From Lachnospiraceae bacterium (GTDB taxonomy: Bacteria; Bacillota; Clostridia; Lachnospirales; Lachnospiraceae), in contig JAJQEO010000003.1 in assembly GCA_021201665.1 (NCBI GenBank), positions 5,416 to 69,415 on the forward strand: 64,000 nt of DNA, read 5' to 3'. Shown piece after piece: positions 40,017-49,594 of the stretch; positions within the stretch are counted from its first letter, which is position 1; the number at the start of each line of letters is the position of its first letter. Made by a program: the position numbers and the translations under genes. The notes under the pieces were generated by a model. It saw nothing but the letters and a program-made list of their open reading frames with translations. It was not told the DNA's origin and made no database searches.

Positions 40017-40745
40017 ATGAACATTACAGCAGAAGAAAACCTGATGTATCATGTGATGAAGGCAATCTATGATAGTGGAATTCCCATCAGCTTTAAGGGG
40101 TCTATGGTGTTGAAAGCCTGTTTGATGGAAGCGGGGTATTCCGAAGATACACGCCATACCGTGGACATTGACGCGAACTGGAGCTCTGATACACCCCCTT
40201 CCGCAGAACAAATGACTAACTCCTTGCAGAGAGCAATCCAAAATAGCGGTATTGATTTGGAGGTGAGCCTTTACCGAATGTACGGCGAAGGGCGTTCCGC
40301 AGGCTTTGAGCTGGCGGACGAATCCACGGGAGAAATTCTGTTTTCGATGGACATTGATGTGAACCGCCCCATTCCTCCGACAAAAATATATGAGGTTGCA
40401 GGGCTTCGTTTCCGTGGCGTGTCTCCTACCCAGATGATAGCTGATAAGATCTCAGCAATTTCTACGGATAAGGTATTCCGCAGAGTGAAGGATGTTGTAG
40501 ACTTGTACTATCTGTCAAAAGCCTTTGAATTTGACAAGGACGCTATTATGGGGGCGGTGGAGAACAGCGGCAGAACCTTAGACAGCTTTCACGGCTTCCT
40601 TGATCGTGCAGGGGATCTGAAGCACTCTTATGATAAGTTCCGCTTTGCAGGAGGTGTGAATAAGCCGCCGTTTGAGGATGTGTACAGTGCAGTAAAAGCG
40701 TATATTAAAGATGTGCTGCCCAAATACAATGATGTGGAACAGTAA
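40017..40745 (+). CDS. AbiEii/AbiGii-family nucleotidyltransferase toxin
   Basis: FKGSMVL, RHTVDID, IADKI, RVKDVVDLY. Confidence 0.82.
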   Translation: MNITAEENLMYHVMKAIYDSGIPISFKGSMVLKACLMEAGYSEDTRHTVDIDANWSSDTPPSAEQMTNSLQRAIQNSGIDLEVSLYRMYGEGRSAGFELADESTGEILFSMDIDVNRPIPPTKIYEVAGLRFRGVSPTQMIADKISAISTDKVFRRVKDVVDLYYLSKAFEFDKDAIMGAVENSGRTLDSFHGFLDRAGDLKHSYDKFRFAGGVNKPPFEDVYSAVKAYIKDVLPKYNDVEQ

Positions 40746-40784
40746 ACACAAGCAGACCAACAGAATAATTTATCCAGCTAATTC

Positions 40785-40826
40785 AGCCGAGAGGTTTTCT
40801 TCCCCGAAAATCTCCCGGCTATTTTT
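40785..40826 (+). terminator. Intrinsic terminator
   Basis: agccgagaggttttc...gaaaatctcccggct followed by T run. Confidence 0.65.
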
Positions 40827-40848
40827 ATGCAGATTGGAGGTAAAACCC

Positions 40849-41184
40849 ATGACCAATGAACAACTAAACACCGCCCTCTATGAAAAGATGTTTGCCGAGC
40901 AGGAAGCCTACCGGGAATGGCTGCTGGGCCAGACACCGGAGGAAATCCTGAACCACACCTACGAATACACGGTGCGGGAGGATATTCTGATGTCGCTGGA
41001 ATACCACGATCTCCCGGACACGCAGGCCGGAGCCATGCTGAAATCCCCCAGTCCTCTTGCGGATGTATTCAAGGATTGGGAGGATAAGGAGACGGGCTAT
41101 ATGGAGGACATCTGGCAGACCGTGGAGGATCGGGCCAAGACAGAGGCACAAAAACAACAGAAAAAGGAACAGAAAGAGCGGTAA
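40849..41184 (+). CDS. DUF3848-like ICE protein
   Basis: LYEKMFAEQ..YR.WLL.Q.PEEIL.H.YEY. Confidence 0.75.
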   Translation: MTNEQLNTALYEKMFAEQEAYREWLLGQTPEEILNHTYEYTVREDILMSLEYHDLPDTQAGAMLKSPSPLADVFKDWEDKETGYMEDIWQTVEDRAKTEAQKQQKKEQKER

Positions 41185-41275
41185 CGCTCCGGGCCGGTTA
41201 GGTATCCAGCCGGTCTTTTTACATAGCCGGACCGCATTACGCAGTCAATTCACAGCTATGGAAAGGAGGTTTTTT

Positions 41276-42238
41276 ATGCCATATATTCCACCGGAGGTAG
41301 TGGCAGAGGCGAAAGAAATGGATTTGCTGACATATCTCAAAAATTACGAACCGGGAGAGCTGGTACGCTTCAGCGGCGACACCTATTGTACCCGCGAGCA
41401 TGATTCCCTGAAAATCTCCAATGGCAAATGGTGCTGGTTTTCACGGGGTATCGGCGGCAGGACGGCGCTGGACTACCTTATCAAGGTCAAGGAACTGCCT
41501 TTCACTGAAGCCGTGGAACGGATCGTCGGCCATGCCGCGGTTCAGCCGCCGGTCTATGCGCCTACGCCCAAGAAGCCAGCGGAAAAGGTTCTGCTTCTCC
41601 CACAGGTTAGCTGGTGCGCTACCCATGCGGTCAGCTATCTGACAGGGCGGGGCATCGACAGTGAGCTGATTGACTTTTGTATTTCCACTGGGCGGTTGTA
41701 TGAGAGCGGCGGCAGATACCACAATGTGGTCTTTGTTGGCCATGACCGCTCCGGCAAGGCACGATACGCCAATTTGCGGGGCATAGGTTCCGGCTTTAAG
41801 GGCGAGTGCAATGGGAGCGACAAGCGATTTGCTTTCAATATCCCAGCGGAAAACAGCGAGATTCTCCATTTGTTTGAGAGCGCCATTGACCTGCTTTCCT
41901 TTGCCACGATCCGCAAATTGAATGGCATGGATTGGAGGAAAGACCATCTGCTGTCGCTGGCGGGAGTGTATCAGCCAAGGGAGAAAATCGAGGAAAGCGC
42001 CATACCGCTGGCTTTGACCCAATACCTTTCCGACCACCCGGAGATCAGGTACATTGTGCTGCGGCTGGACAATGACCGGGCTGGGCGCATGGCGGCCAAG
42101 GCACTGATGACAGTGCTGCCAAAGGACTACACCGTGTCCGCCCGGTTCCCGCCCTGGGGTAAGGATTACAACGATTATCTTTGCCATTGCCTGGGGCTTG
42201 CGATTACCAGGCCCAAAGAACGAAATCAAGAACGATGA
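41276..42238 (+). CDS. DUF3991/Toprim primase-like protein
   Basis: EHDSL, YLTGRGID, FESAIDLLS, LDNDRAG, KDYNDYL. Confidence 0.85.
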   Translation: MPYIPPEVVAEAKEMDLLTYLKNYEPGELVRFSGDTYCTREHDSLKISNGKWCWFSRGIGGRTALDYLIKVKELPFTEAVERIVGHAAVQPPVYAPTPKKPAEKVLLLPQVSWCATHAVSYLTGRGIDSELIDFCISTGRLYESGGRYHNVVFVGHDRSGKARYANLRGIGSGFKGECNGSDKRFAFNIPAENSEILHLFESAIDLLSFATIRKLNGMDWRKDHLLSLAGVYQPREKIEESAIPLALTQYLSDHPEIRYIVLRLDNDRAGRMAAKALMTVLPKDYTVSARFPPWGKDYNDYLCHCLGLAITRPKERNQER

Positions 42239-42253
42239 TGGAGGAAAATCACC

Positions 42254-42586
42254 ATGAAAGAATTTGACATTACCCTGAACGCCGTATCCGAGAAAACTTT
42301 CCGCCTGCGGGCTGGCACCCGCGACGAGGCGTTGATGCTGGTGGAGGCCATTCTGGAGAACAGCGACCTGCTGAACTTCTCCGAGGACGATGTGGACAGT
42401 CTGGAGATTGGCTGCCAGGAGGTCTGCGGCGGCATCTGCGAGGTCTGTTCCAACACCTGCGAAAACTGCGGCAACTGCACCGAACTGGAGCCAGACTGTG
42501 ACCATCCGGAGCAGGACTGCGAGTACCGCTGCCCGGTCTGTGGCTGCTGCATGGCAGAGGACGCGGACGATGATGAGGACGAATGA
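42254..42586 (+). CDS. Acidic protein with 13-cysteine C-terminal cluster
   Basis: GGAGG RBS; CxxxCxxxCxxCxxxCxxCxxC...CxxCxCC. Confidence 0.75.
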   Translation: MKEFDITLNAVSEKTFRLRAGTRDEALMLVEAILENSDLLNFSEDDVDSLEIGCQEVCGGICEVCSNTCENCGNCTELEPDCDHPEQDCEYRCPVCGCCMAEDADDDEDE

Positions 42587-42589
42587 GCT

Positions 42590-42720
42590 TGTTTTCGGCG
42601 GGTCAATGGGATGTTCGACCCTTCGGGGAGAACGCACCTGTTAGATACCAGCAAGCATCGCCTTTTGGGGACAAAAGGCAGCTTGTCAGGGGCAATCCCC
42701 TGAAACCCCTCACAGAACGA
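42590..42720. promoter_or_regulatory. Probable oriT
   Basis: Hairpins gccttttg/caaaaggc and tcagggg/cccctga flanking AGCTTG, just upstream of mobC-relaxase. Confidence 0.6.
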
Positions 42721-42733
42721 AAGGATGTGACCT

Positions 42734-42859
42734 ATGCGTGAAGCAGTATTTTTGACAATCGGATTTCTGGCTGGCAGTCTGGGCGGTATCGTCCTGATGT
42801 GCCTGCTGCAGATCAAACATATTGGAAAGGAGTCGGAGCATGAGCAAACGAAATATTGA
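42734..42859 (+). CDS. Small DUF3789-like membrane peptide
   Basis: MREAVFLTIGFLAGSLGGIVLMCLLQI...; RBS AAAGGA. Confidence 0.55.
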   Translation: MREAVFLTIGFLAGSLGGIVLMCLLQIKHIGKESEHEQTKY

Positions 42860-43172
42860 GATTAAGGTTCGCCTGAATCGGAAGGAAGCGGAAACCCTGA
42901 ACAAGCGGGTGAAGAAAAGCCGCCTGTCCCGTGAAGCCTATATGCGCCATCTCATTAACGGTGTGGTGCCGCAGGATTCCCCTCCCCCGGACTATTATTC
43001 CATGATGCGGGAGCTGCATGGCGTGGCGAATAACCTGAATCAGATCGCACAGAAAGCCCATGTGCTGAATGTGGTGGATGTGCAGCGCTATGATGGGGCG
43101 GTGCGTCAGGTGGAGGCGGCTATTAAAACAATTACGGATGCGGTCATTTTGCCTCAGCCGATGGAGCGTTAA
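42840..43172 (+). CDS. mobC: MobC relaxosome accessory protein
   Basis: RHH-type N-terminus and NNLNQIA motif. Confidence 0.88.
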   Translation: MSKRNIEIKVRLNRKEAETLNKRVKKSRLSREAYMRHLINGVVPQDSPPPDYYSMMRELHGVANNLNQIAQKAHVLNVVDVQRYDGAVRQVEAAIKTITDAVILPQPMER

Positions 43173-43176
43173 GGCC

Positions 43177-44619
43177 GTGGCTACCACATCCATCTGGCGG
43201 GTCAAGGGCTGGCTCGGCAAGGTGGTCATTTATGTGGAGAACCCGGATAAGACGGACAATCCCGCTTTTTATGAAAAACAGGATATGTCAGACAAGCAGG
43301 CTCAGGGGCTTTCCGATGTCATTGACTATGCTGTGAACAGCGAGAAAACTCAGGCGGCAGATGAAGCCGCTGAGGTTATGCAGCAATTTGTCTCCGGTGT
43401 CAACTGTCACCCCGGTACTGCGCGCGAGGAAATGCTGGCAGTGAAGCGGCGGTTTGGCAAGGAGGACGGCACTGTGGCTTACCACGGCTATCAGTCCTTT
43501 GCCCCCGGTGAGGCCACCCCGGAGCTTGCCCATGAGATTGGTGTGAAGCTGGCAAAGCAGCTCTGGGGTGAAAAGTATCAGGTGATCGTTGCCACCCATC
43601 TGGACAAGTCCAACCATCTGCACAATCATTTTGTGGTCAATACGGTGTCCTTTCTGGATGGCATCAAGTATCACCGCACCGGGCAGGACTACCGCCAGAT
43701 GCGGGAAGCCTCGGATGCCCTGTGCCGGGAATACGGCTTGTCTGTCATTGACCAGCCGGAGCCGGGAAAATCAAAACAGTACGGCGAATGGCGTGCCGAG
43801 CAGGAGAACCGTCCTACATGGAGGGGCATGATCCGTGCCGAGATTGACGAGGTGATCCGCCAGTCCATGACGGAGCGCCAGTTTTTTGAGAACCTCCGCA
43901 AGCGAGGCTATGAGGTCAAAATGGGTGCGGATATTTCTGTGCGTCCACCGGGCAAGCCCCGCTTTGTGCGCCTGAAACGAAACTTTGGGGAGGACTACAC
44001 GCGGGAGAACATCTGCCGCCGTATTCTGGCACAGCAAAGGCCGGAGCGTCCTCTATCGGAGCCGGAGCGCAAGGTGCGTCATGCCACACTTCGGGGTGAT
44101 ATTAAGAAAACAAGGAAAATCACCGGCTTTCGGGCACTGTATTTCCATTACTGCTATCTGCTGGGTATCTTCCCCCAAAACAGGCCCAAAAGCAATAAGC
44201 GTCTCCACTTCCTTCTACGGGAGGATTTGACCAAGCTGGATAAGCTGTCCGAAGAAACCAAACTGCTGGTACGGCATCGTATTGATACCGACGAGCAGCT
44301 TTTTTCGTATCAGGACGGTTTGAACGGCAAAATCGAATCTCTGACCGCAGAACGAAAGGCGCTCTATAAACAACAGCGTACCGTGGCAGTTAAATCGGAC
44401 ACTATTATGCTGGAGAAAGTCAAGTCTGACATTTCCGCTATCTCAAAAGAGTTAGCTGTGCTGCGAAGGGAGGTGAGGTTATGTGATGATATTGCCATGC
44501 GCTCCAAGGTGATGCGCGAAAAAATCAAGGCCGTCCGGGAGGACGAGCAATCTCAGAGAAAGGAGCAAAAACGCGATGAACAGTTCAGGAGACGCAGCGG
44601 AACAGGTCGTCAGGCTTAG
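43177..44619 (+). CDS. MOBP relaxase
   Basis: YVENPDKT, AYHGYQSF.PGE, ATHLDKSNHLHNHF (HUH); GTG start. Confidence 0.92.
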   Translation: MATTSIWRVKGWLGKVVIYVENPDKTDNPAFYEKQDMSDKQAQGLSDVIDYAVNSEKTQAADEAAEVMQQFVSGVNCHPGTAREEMLAVKRRFGKEDGTVAYHGYQSFAPGEATPELAHEIGVKLAKQLWGEKYQVIVATHLDKSNHLHNHFVVNTVSFLDGIKYHRTGQDYRQMREASDALCREYGLSVIDQPEPGKSKQYGEWRAEQENRPTWRGMIRAEIDEVIRQSMTERQFFENLRKRGYEVKMGADISVRPPGKPRFVRLKRNFGEDYTRENICRRILAQQRPERPLSEPERKVRHATLRGDIKKTRKITGFRALYFHYCYLLGIFPQNRPKSNKRLHFLLREDLTKLDKLSEETKLLVRHRIDTDEQLFSYQDGLNGKIESLTAERKALYKQQRTVAVKSDTIMLEKVKSDISAISKELAVLRREVRLCDDIAMRSKVMREKIKAVREDEQSQRKEQKRDEQFRRRSGTGRQA

Positions 44620-45382
44620 TCTTGAGGGCACCGAGGTAGCCTTAAAGCTCACCGGTTCCGCTGCCAAAAACATTGCCGCAGCCATTTATGCCGTGCTGAA
44701 AAACCGGGATAAGAATAAAATCAGGGGCAGACAGCGGCTGACCGCCATGCTGAAAAGCGGCAAGGAGTTAAAGGTGTTTACTGTCAGCGAGGAGCATCTG
44801 AAGCAGTTTGCCACCGAAGCCAAGCGGTATGGCGTAGTTTACTGTGCCCTGCGGGGCAAGGAAAAATCCGCAGACGGTATGGTGGATGTGATGGTTCGTG
44901 CGGAGGATGCCAGTAAAATCAACCGCATTGTGGAGCGTTTCAAGCTGGCTACGGTGGACGCTGCTTCCATCAAGAGCGAAATCCAGCAGTCCAGGGAGGA
45001 ACGCACCGGAAGCGAACCTGCCGCCCCAGAGCAGGTCAAGCCGGAGCGGAGCGAGGAGGATCGCCTGCTGGATGAAATGCTGGGTGCGCCGGTGAAAAAG
45101 GAGGAACCGGCTCCGGTAAACCCCTCTGCGGCGAGGATGGACAAATCCCTTCCGTCCGAGCCTACCTCCGGGAAGCCAGACAAAACCGCCGAGGGTACTG
45201 CTAAAAAAGCTGAGGAGCGTCCCTCCGTCCGTCAGGAGCTGCGGGACATCAAGGCCAGACGGCAGCAGGAAGCGGAACCTGTCCGGCGAGAGGATGCAGA
45301 GAAATCTCCAAAGAAGCAGCAGAGCAGGACGGTTCAACACCAGCAGCCGCCCCGTAAAAAGAAAAAATCGAAAGAGAGGTAA
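44576..45382 (+). CDS. PcfB/DUF3801-family protein
   Basis: F..EAKRYGVVY, VRAEDASKIN, RPSVRQEL. Confidence 0.82.
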   Translation: MNSSGDAAEQVVRLSLEGTEVALKLTGSAAKNIAAAIYAVLKNRDKNKIRGRQRLTAMLKSGKELKVFTVSEEHLKQFATEAKRYGVVYCALRGKEKSADGMVDVMVRAEDASKINRIVERFKLATVDAASIKSEIQQSREERTGSEPAAPEQVKPERSEEDRLLDEMLGAPVKKEEPAPVNPSAARMDKSLPSEPTSGKPDKTAEGTAKKAEERPSVRQELRDIKARRQQEAEPVRREDAEKSPKKQQSRTVQHQQPPRKKKKSKER

Positions 45383-45385
45383 GCC

Positions 45386-46288
45386 ATGAACAATTTTGAT
45401 GACATTTTTGAAGGCGCAGCCCCCACCGGACAGCCCGAACAAAGCAGCCAGCCCTTTGATAAAGACGCATGGGCGGACAGGAAAAAGGCAGAGCGGCAAT
45501 CGGTCTATGAGCTGGCCGATACTACCGCCGAAGCTGTCAGCGCAGACGGCAGCAAATTCCGGGAGTATCTGGAGGTGCAGGCCCGGTTTGACCGCTATTC
45601 CGCTACCAATGCCCTGTTGGTTCTGGCGCAGATGCCACAGGCCACTCAGATCAGGGATTATGACGGCTGGAAAGATGCCGGTGTTTCTGTTAAGCGCCAC
45701 CCCAAGGTTATTTCCATTCTGGAGCCGGGAAATGAATACCAGCGGGAGGATGGTTCTGTCGGCACCTATTACAATGTAAAACGGGTCTATGACATCTCCC
45801 AGACTACGGCAAGGGCAAAACCGCAGCCCACAGTCAGTATGGATGACCGGCTGCTTCTGAAAGCCCTGATTTCCCGTCCCCCGGTGCCCATGCAGATGGC
45901 AGATGAGCTTCCGAATAACATGGGAGCCTATTATGACCATGACCAGCAGGTGATTTTTGTGCGCCGGGGCATGGAGGCATCGGACATTTTCCGCAGCGTC
46001 TCCAAGGAACTGGCCCACGCAGAGCTTGCCGCTGCCAACGGTGATTACAACCGCCAGGATGCAGCTTTTGTCGCTTACAGCGTGTCCTATCTTCTTTGCC
46101 GGAAGTACGGCATTGATGCCAGCAGCTACGATTTCAGCCACCTGCCGGACAACTTCCGGGAGAGCGATGCCCAGGGTATCCGGGCTGCATTGACGGAGAT
46201 TCGGGATACCGCTGGGGAAATTTCCGGGCGGATGTACCGGGTGCTGGAGCAGAGCAAGCCGCCGAAATCCAAGGAACAGGAGCGATAA
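45386..46288 (+). CDS. ArdC/LtrC-like ssDNA-binding protein with degenerate metallopeptidase motif
   Basis: YSATNALLVLAQ.P.AT....YDGW; VYDISQT; KELAH. Confidence 0.75.
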   Translation: MNNFDDIFEGAAPTGQPEQSSQPFDKDAWADRKKAERQSVYELADTTAEAVSADGSKFREYLEVQARFDRYSATNALLVLAQMPQATQIRDYDGWKDAGVSVKRHPKVISILEPGNEYQREDGSVGTYYNVKRVYDISQTTARAKPQPTVSMDDRLLLKALISRPPVPMQMADELPNNMGAYYDHDQQVIFVRRGMEASDIFRSVSKELAHAELAAANGDYNRQDAAFVAYSVSYLLCRKYGIDASSYDFSHLPDNFRESDAQGIRAALTEIRDTAGEISGRMYRVLEQSKPPKSKEQER

Positions 46289-46291
46289 GCC

Positions 46292-46480
46292 ATGGGAAAA
46301 GAAGAAAAACGAATCCTCGCTCTGGATAAGTATGAGCATGGCGTGGTCATCAATGCACTCAATGAGATGCGCAACGATCTGATTGGAGAGGAACGCTCCA
46401 CGGATATTGTGGATGAGGTACTCTTGAAAGCCATCGACGCCCCTGTAAAAAAGGTAAGGAGCCGGGATGAAGCAAGATAA
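46292..46480 (+). CDS. Small ICE hypothetical protein
   Basis: Coupled to virD4; similar to 19089-19265. Confidence 0.75.
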   Translation: MGKEEKRILALDKYEHGVVINALNEMRNDLIGEERSTDIVDEVLLKAIDAPVKKVRSRDEAR

Positions 46481-48269
46481 CCGCCAGTCGGTTTTTGCGC
46501 TGTGCCTGTTCGGTATTTTTCCCGTGGTCTGGCTGGGGCTTCTTATGGCCCCGGCTATATCGGGAGGTCTGCCGGAGATTATAAAAGCATTTCCGAAAGC
46601 GATGAACGACCCATTTCATATCGTGCTTTGTGAGGACAGCCTGAAAACTGTCCTTATTTTTCTGTGTGCGTATGGTCTGGGTATCGGGATATTCTTATCC
46701 TCCCGGCGCAATTACCGGCGCGGCGAGGAACACGGTTCGGCCAAATGGGGCGACGCCAGGGCCGTGGATAAAAAGTACCGAGACAGCAAGAATCCGATGG
46801 CAAACCGTATTTTCACACAGCACGTCCGGATGGGCTTGGACGGCAGGAAGCACCGGCGCAACCTCAATACCCTTGTGATCGGCGGCAGCGGCGCGGGAAA
46901 AAGCCGCTTTTATGCCAAGGTCAATCTGCTTCAGTCCAACACCTCGTTTTTCGTGCTGGACTGCAAGGGCGAGCTGCTGCGGGATACCGGGGCGCTGTTA
47001 GCCAGAGAGGGCTATGAAATTCGTGTGCTGGATCTTCTGAATATGGAGAAAAGCCACTGCTACAATCCTTTCGCCTATCTGGAAACAGACAACGATGTGC
47101 AGAAGCTGGTGACAAATCTCTTTAAGGCCACCACTCCCAAGGGTAGCCAGTCACAAGACCCGTTCTGGGACACGGCGGCCAGTATGCTGCTGCTTGCCTT
47201 GATTTTTTATCTGCGCTATGAAGCACCGCCGGATGAGCAGAACTTTCCGATGGTCATGGAGATGCTTCGGGCGGGCGAAGTCCGTGAGGACGATGACAGC
47301 TATCAGTCCCCGCTGGACGAACTGTTTGAACGGCTGGAGATGAAAAACCCGGAGCATATCGCCGTGAAGTATTATAAGGACTACCACTCCGGCAGCGCTA
47401 AGACCCTGAAATCCATCCAGATTACCCTGGCGGCAAGGCTGGAAAAGTTCAACCTGTCCAGCGTGGCCTCTCTGACCATGACGGACGAACTGGAACTGCC
47501 CACGCTGGGTGAGAAAAAAGTGGCGCTGTTTGCCCTGATTCCCGATCACGATGTCAGTTTTAACTTTTTGGTCAGTATGCTCTATGGCTCTACCTTTGAG
47601 CAGCTTTTCCGTCTGGCCGACCACAAGTACGGCGGAGCGTTGCCAGTGCCGGTTCATTTCTTGATGGACGAGTTCGCCAATGTCAGTCTGCCCGATGATT
47701 TTGACAAGCTGCTGGCCACCATGCGTTCCCGGAATATTTCGGTTTCTATCATCATCCAGAATGTGGCCCAGTTGAAAGCACTGTTTGAAAAGCAGTGGGA
47801 GAGTATCATGGGCAACTGTGACGAAATGCTGTACTTGGGCGGGAATGAAACCGGGACGCACAAACTGATTTCGGAATCCTATCTTGGCAAGGCAACGATT
47901 GACACCAACACCTATGGCAAGTCCACCGGGCGCAGCGGAAATTACTCCACCAATTATCAGATTACGGGGCGGGAACTTATGACGCCGGATGAGGTGCGCA
48001 TGATGGATAACCGCTATGCACTGCTGTTCATCCGTGGTGAGCGGCCCGTCATGGATGAAAAGTACGATTTGCTCAAACATCCGAATGTGACCTACACCAC
48101 GGACGGGAAAGGAAAACCCTATGTTCACGGCGGCACGGAAAACGCAGTTGCCGCCATCACCTTTGCAGGCGTTTCTGCGGTCAGTGTACCTGAACCGGAA
48201 GTGCCGGAAACCGAGTATGAGCTTCTGTCTGATGAGGAGATAGAGGCTCTTTTTCATTTGAATCAATAA
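46467..48269 (+). CDS. virD4: VirD4/TraG type IV coupling protein
   Basis: HGSAKW, GGSGAGKS, LMDEFAN, RELMTPDEV. Confidence 0.95.
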   Translation: MKQDNRQSVFALCLFGIFPVVWLGLLMAPAISGGLPEIIKAFPKAMNDPFHIVLCEDSLKTVLIFLCAYGLGIGIFLSSRRNYRRGEEHGSAKWGDARAVDKKYRDSKNPMANRIFTQHVRMGLDGRKHRRNLNTLVIGGSGAGKSRFYAKVNLLQSNTSFFVLDCKGELLRDTGALLAREGYEIRVLDLLNMEKSHCYNPFAYLETDNDVQKLVTNLFKATTPKGSQSQDPFWDTAASMLLLALIFYLRYEAPPDEQNFPMVMEMLRAGEVREDDDSYQSPLDELFERLEMKNPEHIAVKYYKDYHSGSAKTLKSIQITLAARLEKFNLSSVASLTMTDELELPTLGEKKVALFALIPDHDVSFNFLVSMLYGSTFEQLFRLADHKYGGALPVPVHFLMDEFANVSLPDDFDKLLATMRSRNISVSIIIQNVAQLKALFEKQWESIMGNCDEMLYLGGNETGTHKLISESYLGKATIDTNTYGKSTGRSGNYSTNYQITGRELMTPDEVRMMDNRYALLFIRGERPVMDEKYDLLKHPNVTYTTDGKGKPYVHGGTENAVAAITFAGVSAVSVPEPEVPETEYELLSDEEIEALFHLNQ

Positions 48270-48288
48270 TTTTAGGAGGATACCCAAT

Positions 48289-48660
48289 ATGAAAAATCTG
48301 ATTAACAAGCTCACCAAAAAAGAAACCAAGGCCGTTCAGCATGATTCCCGGCTGGAACAGAAAGTGAAGCGCGGATACCGCTGGTACTGCGCCGCTATTA
48401 TGGCCATGACCCTTTTTCTCGCTAATGCCATGCCTGCGTTTGCAGCCAGCGATCCCATTGCGGTGGTCAACAACCTGTCCGACTTTATCTTTGGCCTGAT
48501 TCGCGCCGTTGGCCTCATCCTGCTGGGCTGGGGCATCGTTCAGGTGGGTCTGTCTCTCCAGAGCCATGACCCCTCCCAGCGTTCCAACGGTTTTCTGACC
48601 CTGGCGGGCGGCATCGTCATTACCTTTGCCAAGGAAATCCTGACGCTGATTACCGGCTGA
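48289..48660 (+). CDS. VirB2-like pilin/membrane protein
   Basis: Two TM segments, SHDPSQR motif, position after virD4. Confidence 0.65.
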   Translation: MKNLINKLTKKETKAVQHDSRLEQKVKRGYRWYCAAIMAMTLFLANAMPAFAASDPIAVVNNLSDFIFGLIRAVGLILLGWGIVQVGLSLQSHDPSQRSNGFLTLAGGIVITFAKEILTLITG

Positions 48661-48745
48661 TTGTCACAGGAAAAATCACAAAAACATTCGCAGAGCGCGG
48701 CGGAACTTTGCTTCTGCCGCACTCTGCTGAAAGGAGGAAACGATT

Positions 48746-49582
48746 TTGAGTGATAACTGGGTTGTTCAAAATCTGGAAAACGCCCTGAATACCTGGAACG
48801 AGAAGTTGGCAGAAATTTGGACGATCATTACCCAATCCCCGGAAAATTTCAAGGGCGGAACGATCTGGAATGTGATTGTAGGCATCCACGGCGCATTGCA
48901 GGCTATCGGCCTTGCCCTGCTGGTGTTGTTTTTTGTTGTGGGCGTCATGCGTACCTGTGGCTCCCTTGCCGAAACCAAGAGGCCGGAGACAGCGCTGAAG
49001 CTGTTCATCCGCTTTGCGTTGGCGAAAGGAGCAGTCACCTATGGCTTGGAGCTGATGATGGCGCTGTTTCGTATCGTGCAGGGCGTGATCTCGACCATTA
49101 TGAACGCCGCTGGTCTGGGCACATCCCAACAGATGGTACTGCCCACAGAAATCGTCACAGCGATTGAGGACTGCGGCTTTTTTGAGAGCATCCCCCTCTG
49201 GGCGGTGACGCTGATCGGCGGCCTGTTCATTACGGTGCTGTCATTCATTATGATTATGACCGTCTATGGCCGGTTCTTTAAGCTGTACCTTTACACGGCC
49301 ATTGCGCCGGTGCCGCTGGCCAGCTTTGCCGGGGAGCCGTCACAAAATGTGGGTAAGAGTTTTATCAAAAGCTATGCCGCCGTTTGTTTGGAGGGAGCCA
49401 TCATTGTGCTGGCTTGCATTATCTTTTCCCTCTTTGCCGCTTCGCCGCCTGTGGTTGACCCGGATGCAGCAGCGGTAACGATGGTATGGAGCTATGTGGG
49501 CGAGCTGGTGTTCAATATGCTGGTTCTCGTAGGCACAGTGAAAATGGCAGACCGGGTAGTACGGGAAATGATGGGATTATAA
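48746..49582 (+). CDS. VirB6-like T4SS membrane protein
   Basis: Multi-TM, YGRFFKLYLYTAIAPVPLA; TTG start. Confidence 0.8.
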   Translation: MSDNWVVQNLENALNTWNEKLAEIWTIITQSPENFKGGTIWNVIVGIHGALQAIGLALLVLFFVVGVMRTCGSLAETKRPETALKLFIRFALAKGAVTYGLELMMALFRIVQGVISTIMNAAGLGTSQQMVLPTEIVTAIEDCGFFESIPLWAVTLIGGLFITVLSFIMIMTVYGRFFKLYLYTAIAPVPLASFAGEPSQNVGKSFIKSYAAVCLEGAIIVLACIIFSLFAASPPVVDPDAAAVTMVWSYVGELVFNMLVLVGTVKMADRVVREMMGL

Positions 49583-49594
49583 GGAGGGATTCAT

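Noticed and set aside
39050-40024. 324-aa minus-strand ORF
   Set aside because: Antisense to the antitoxin-like gene, which has promoter, RBS and HTH support
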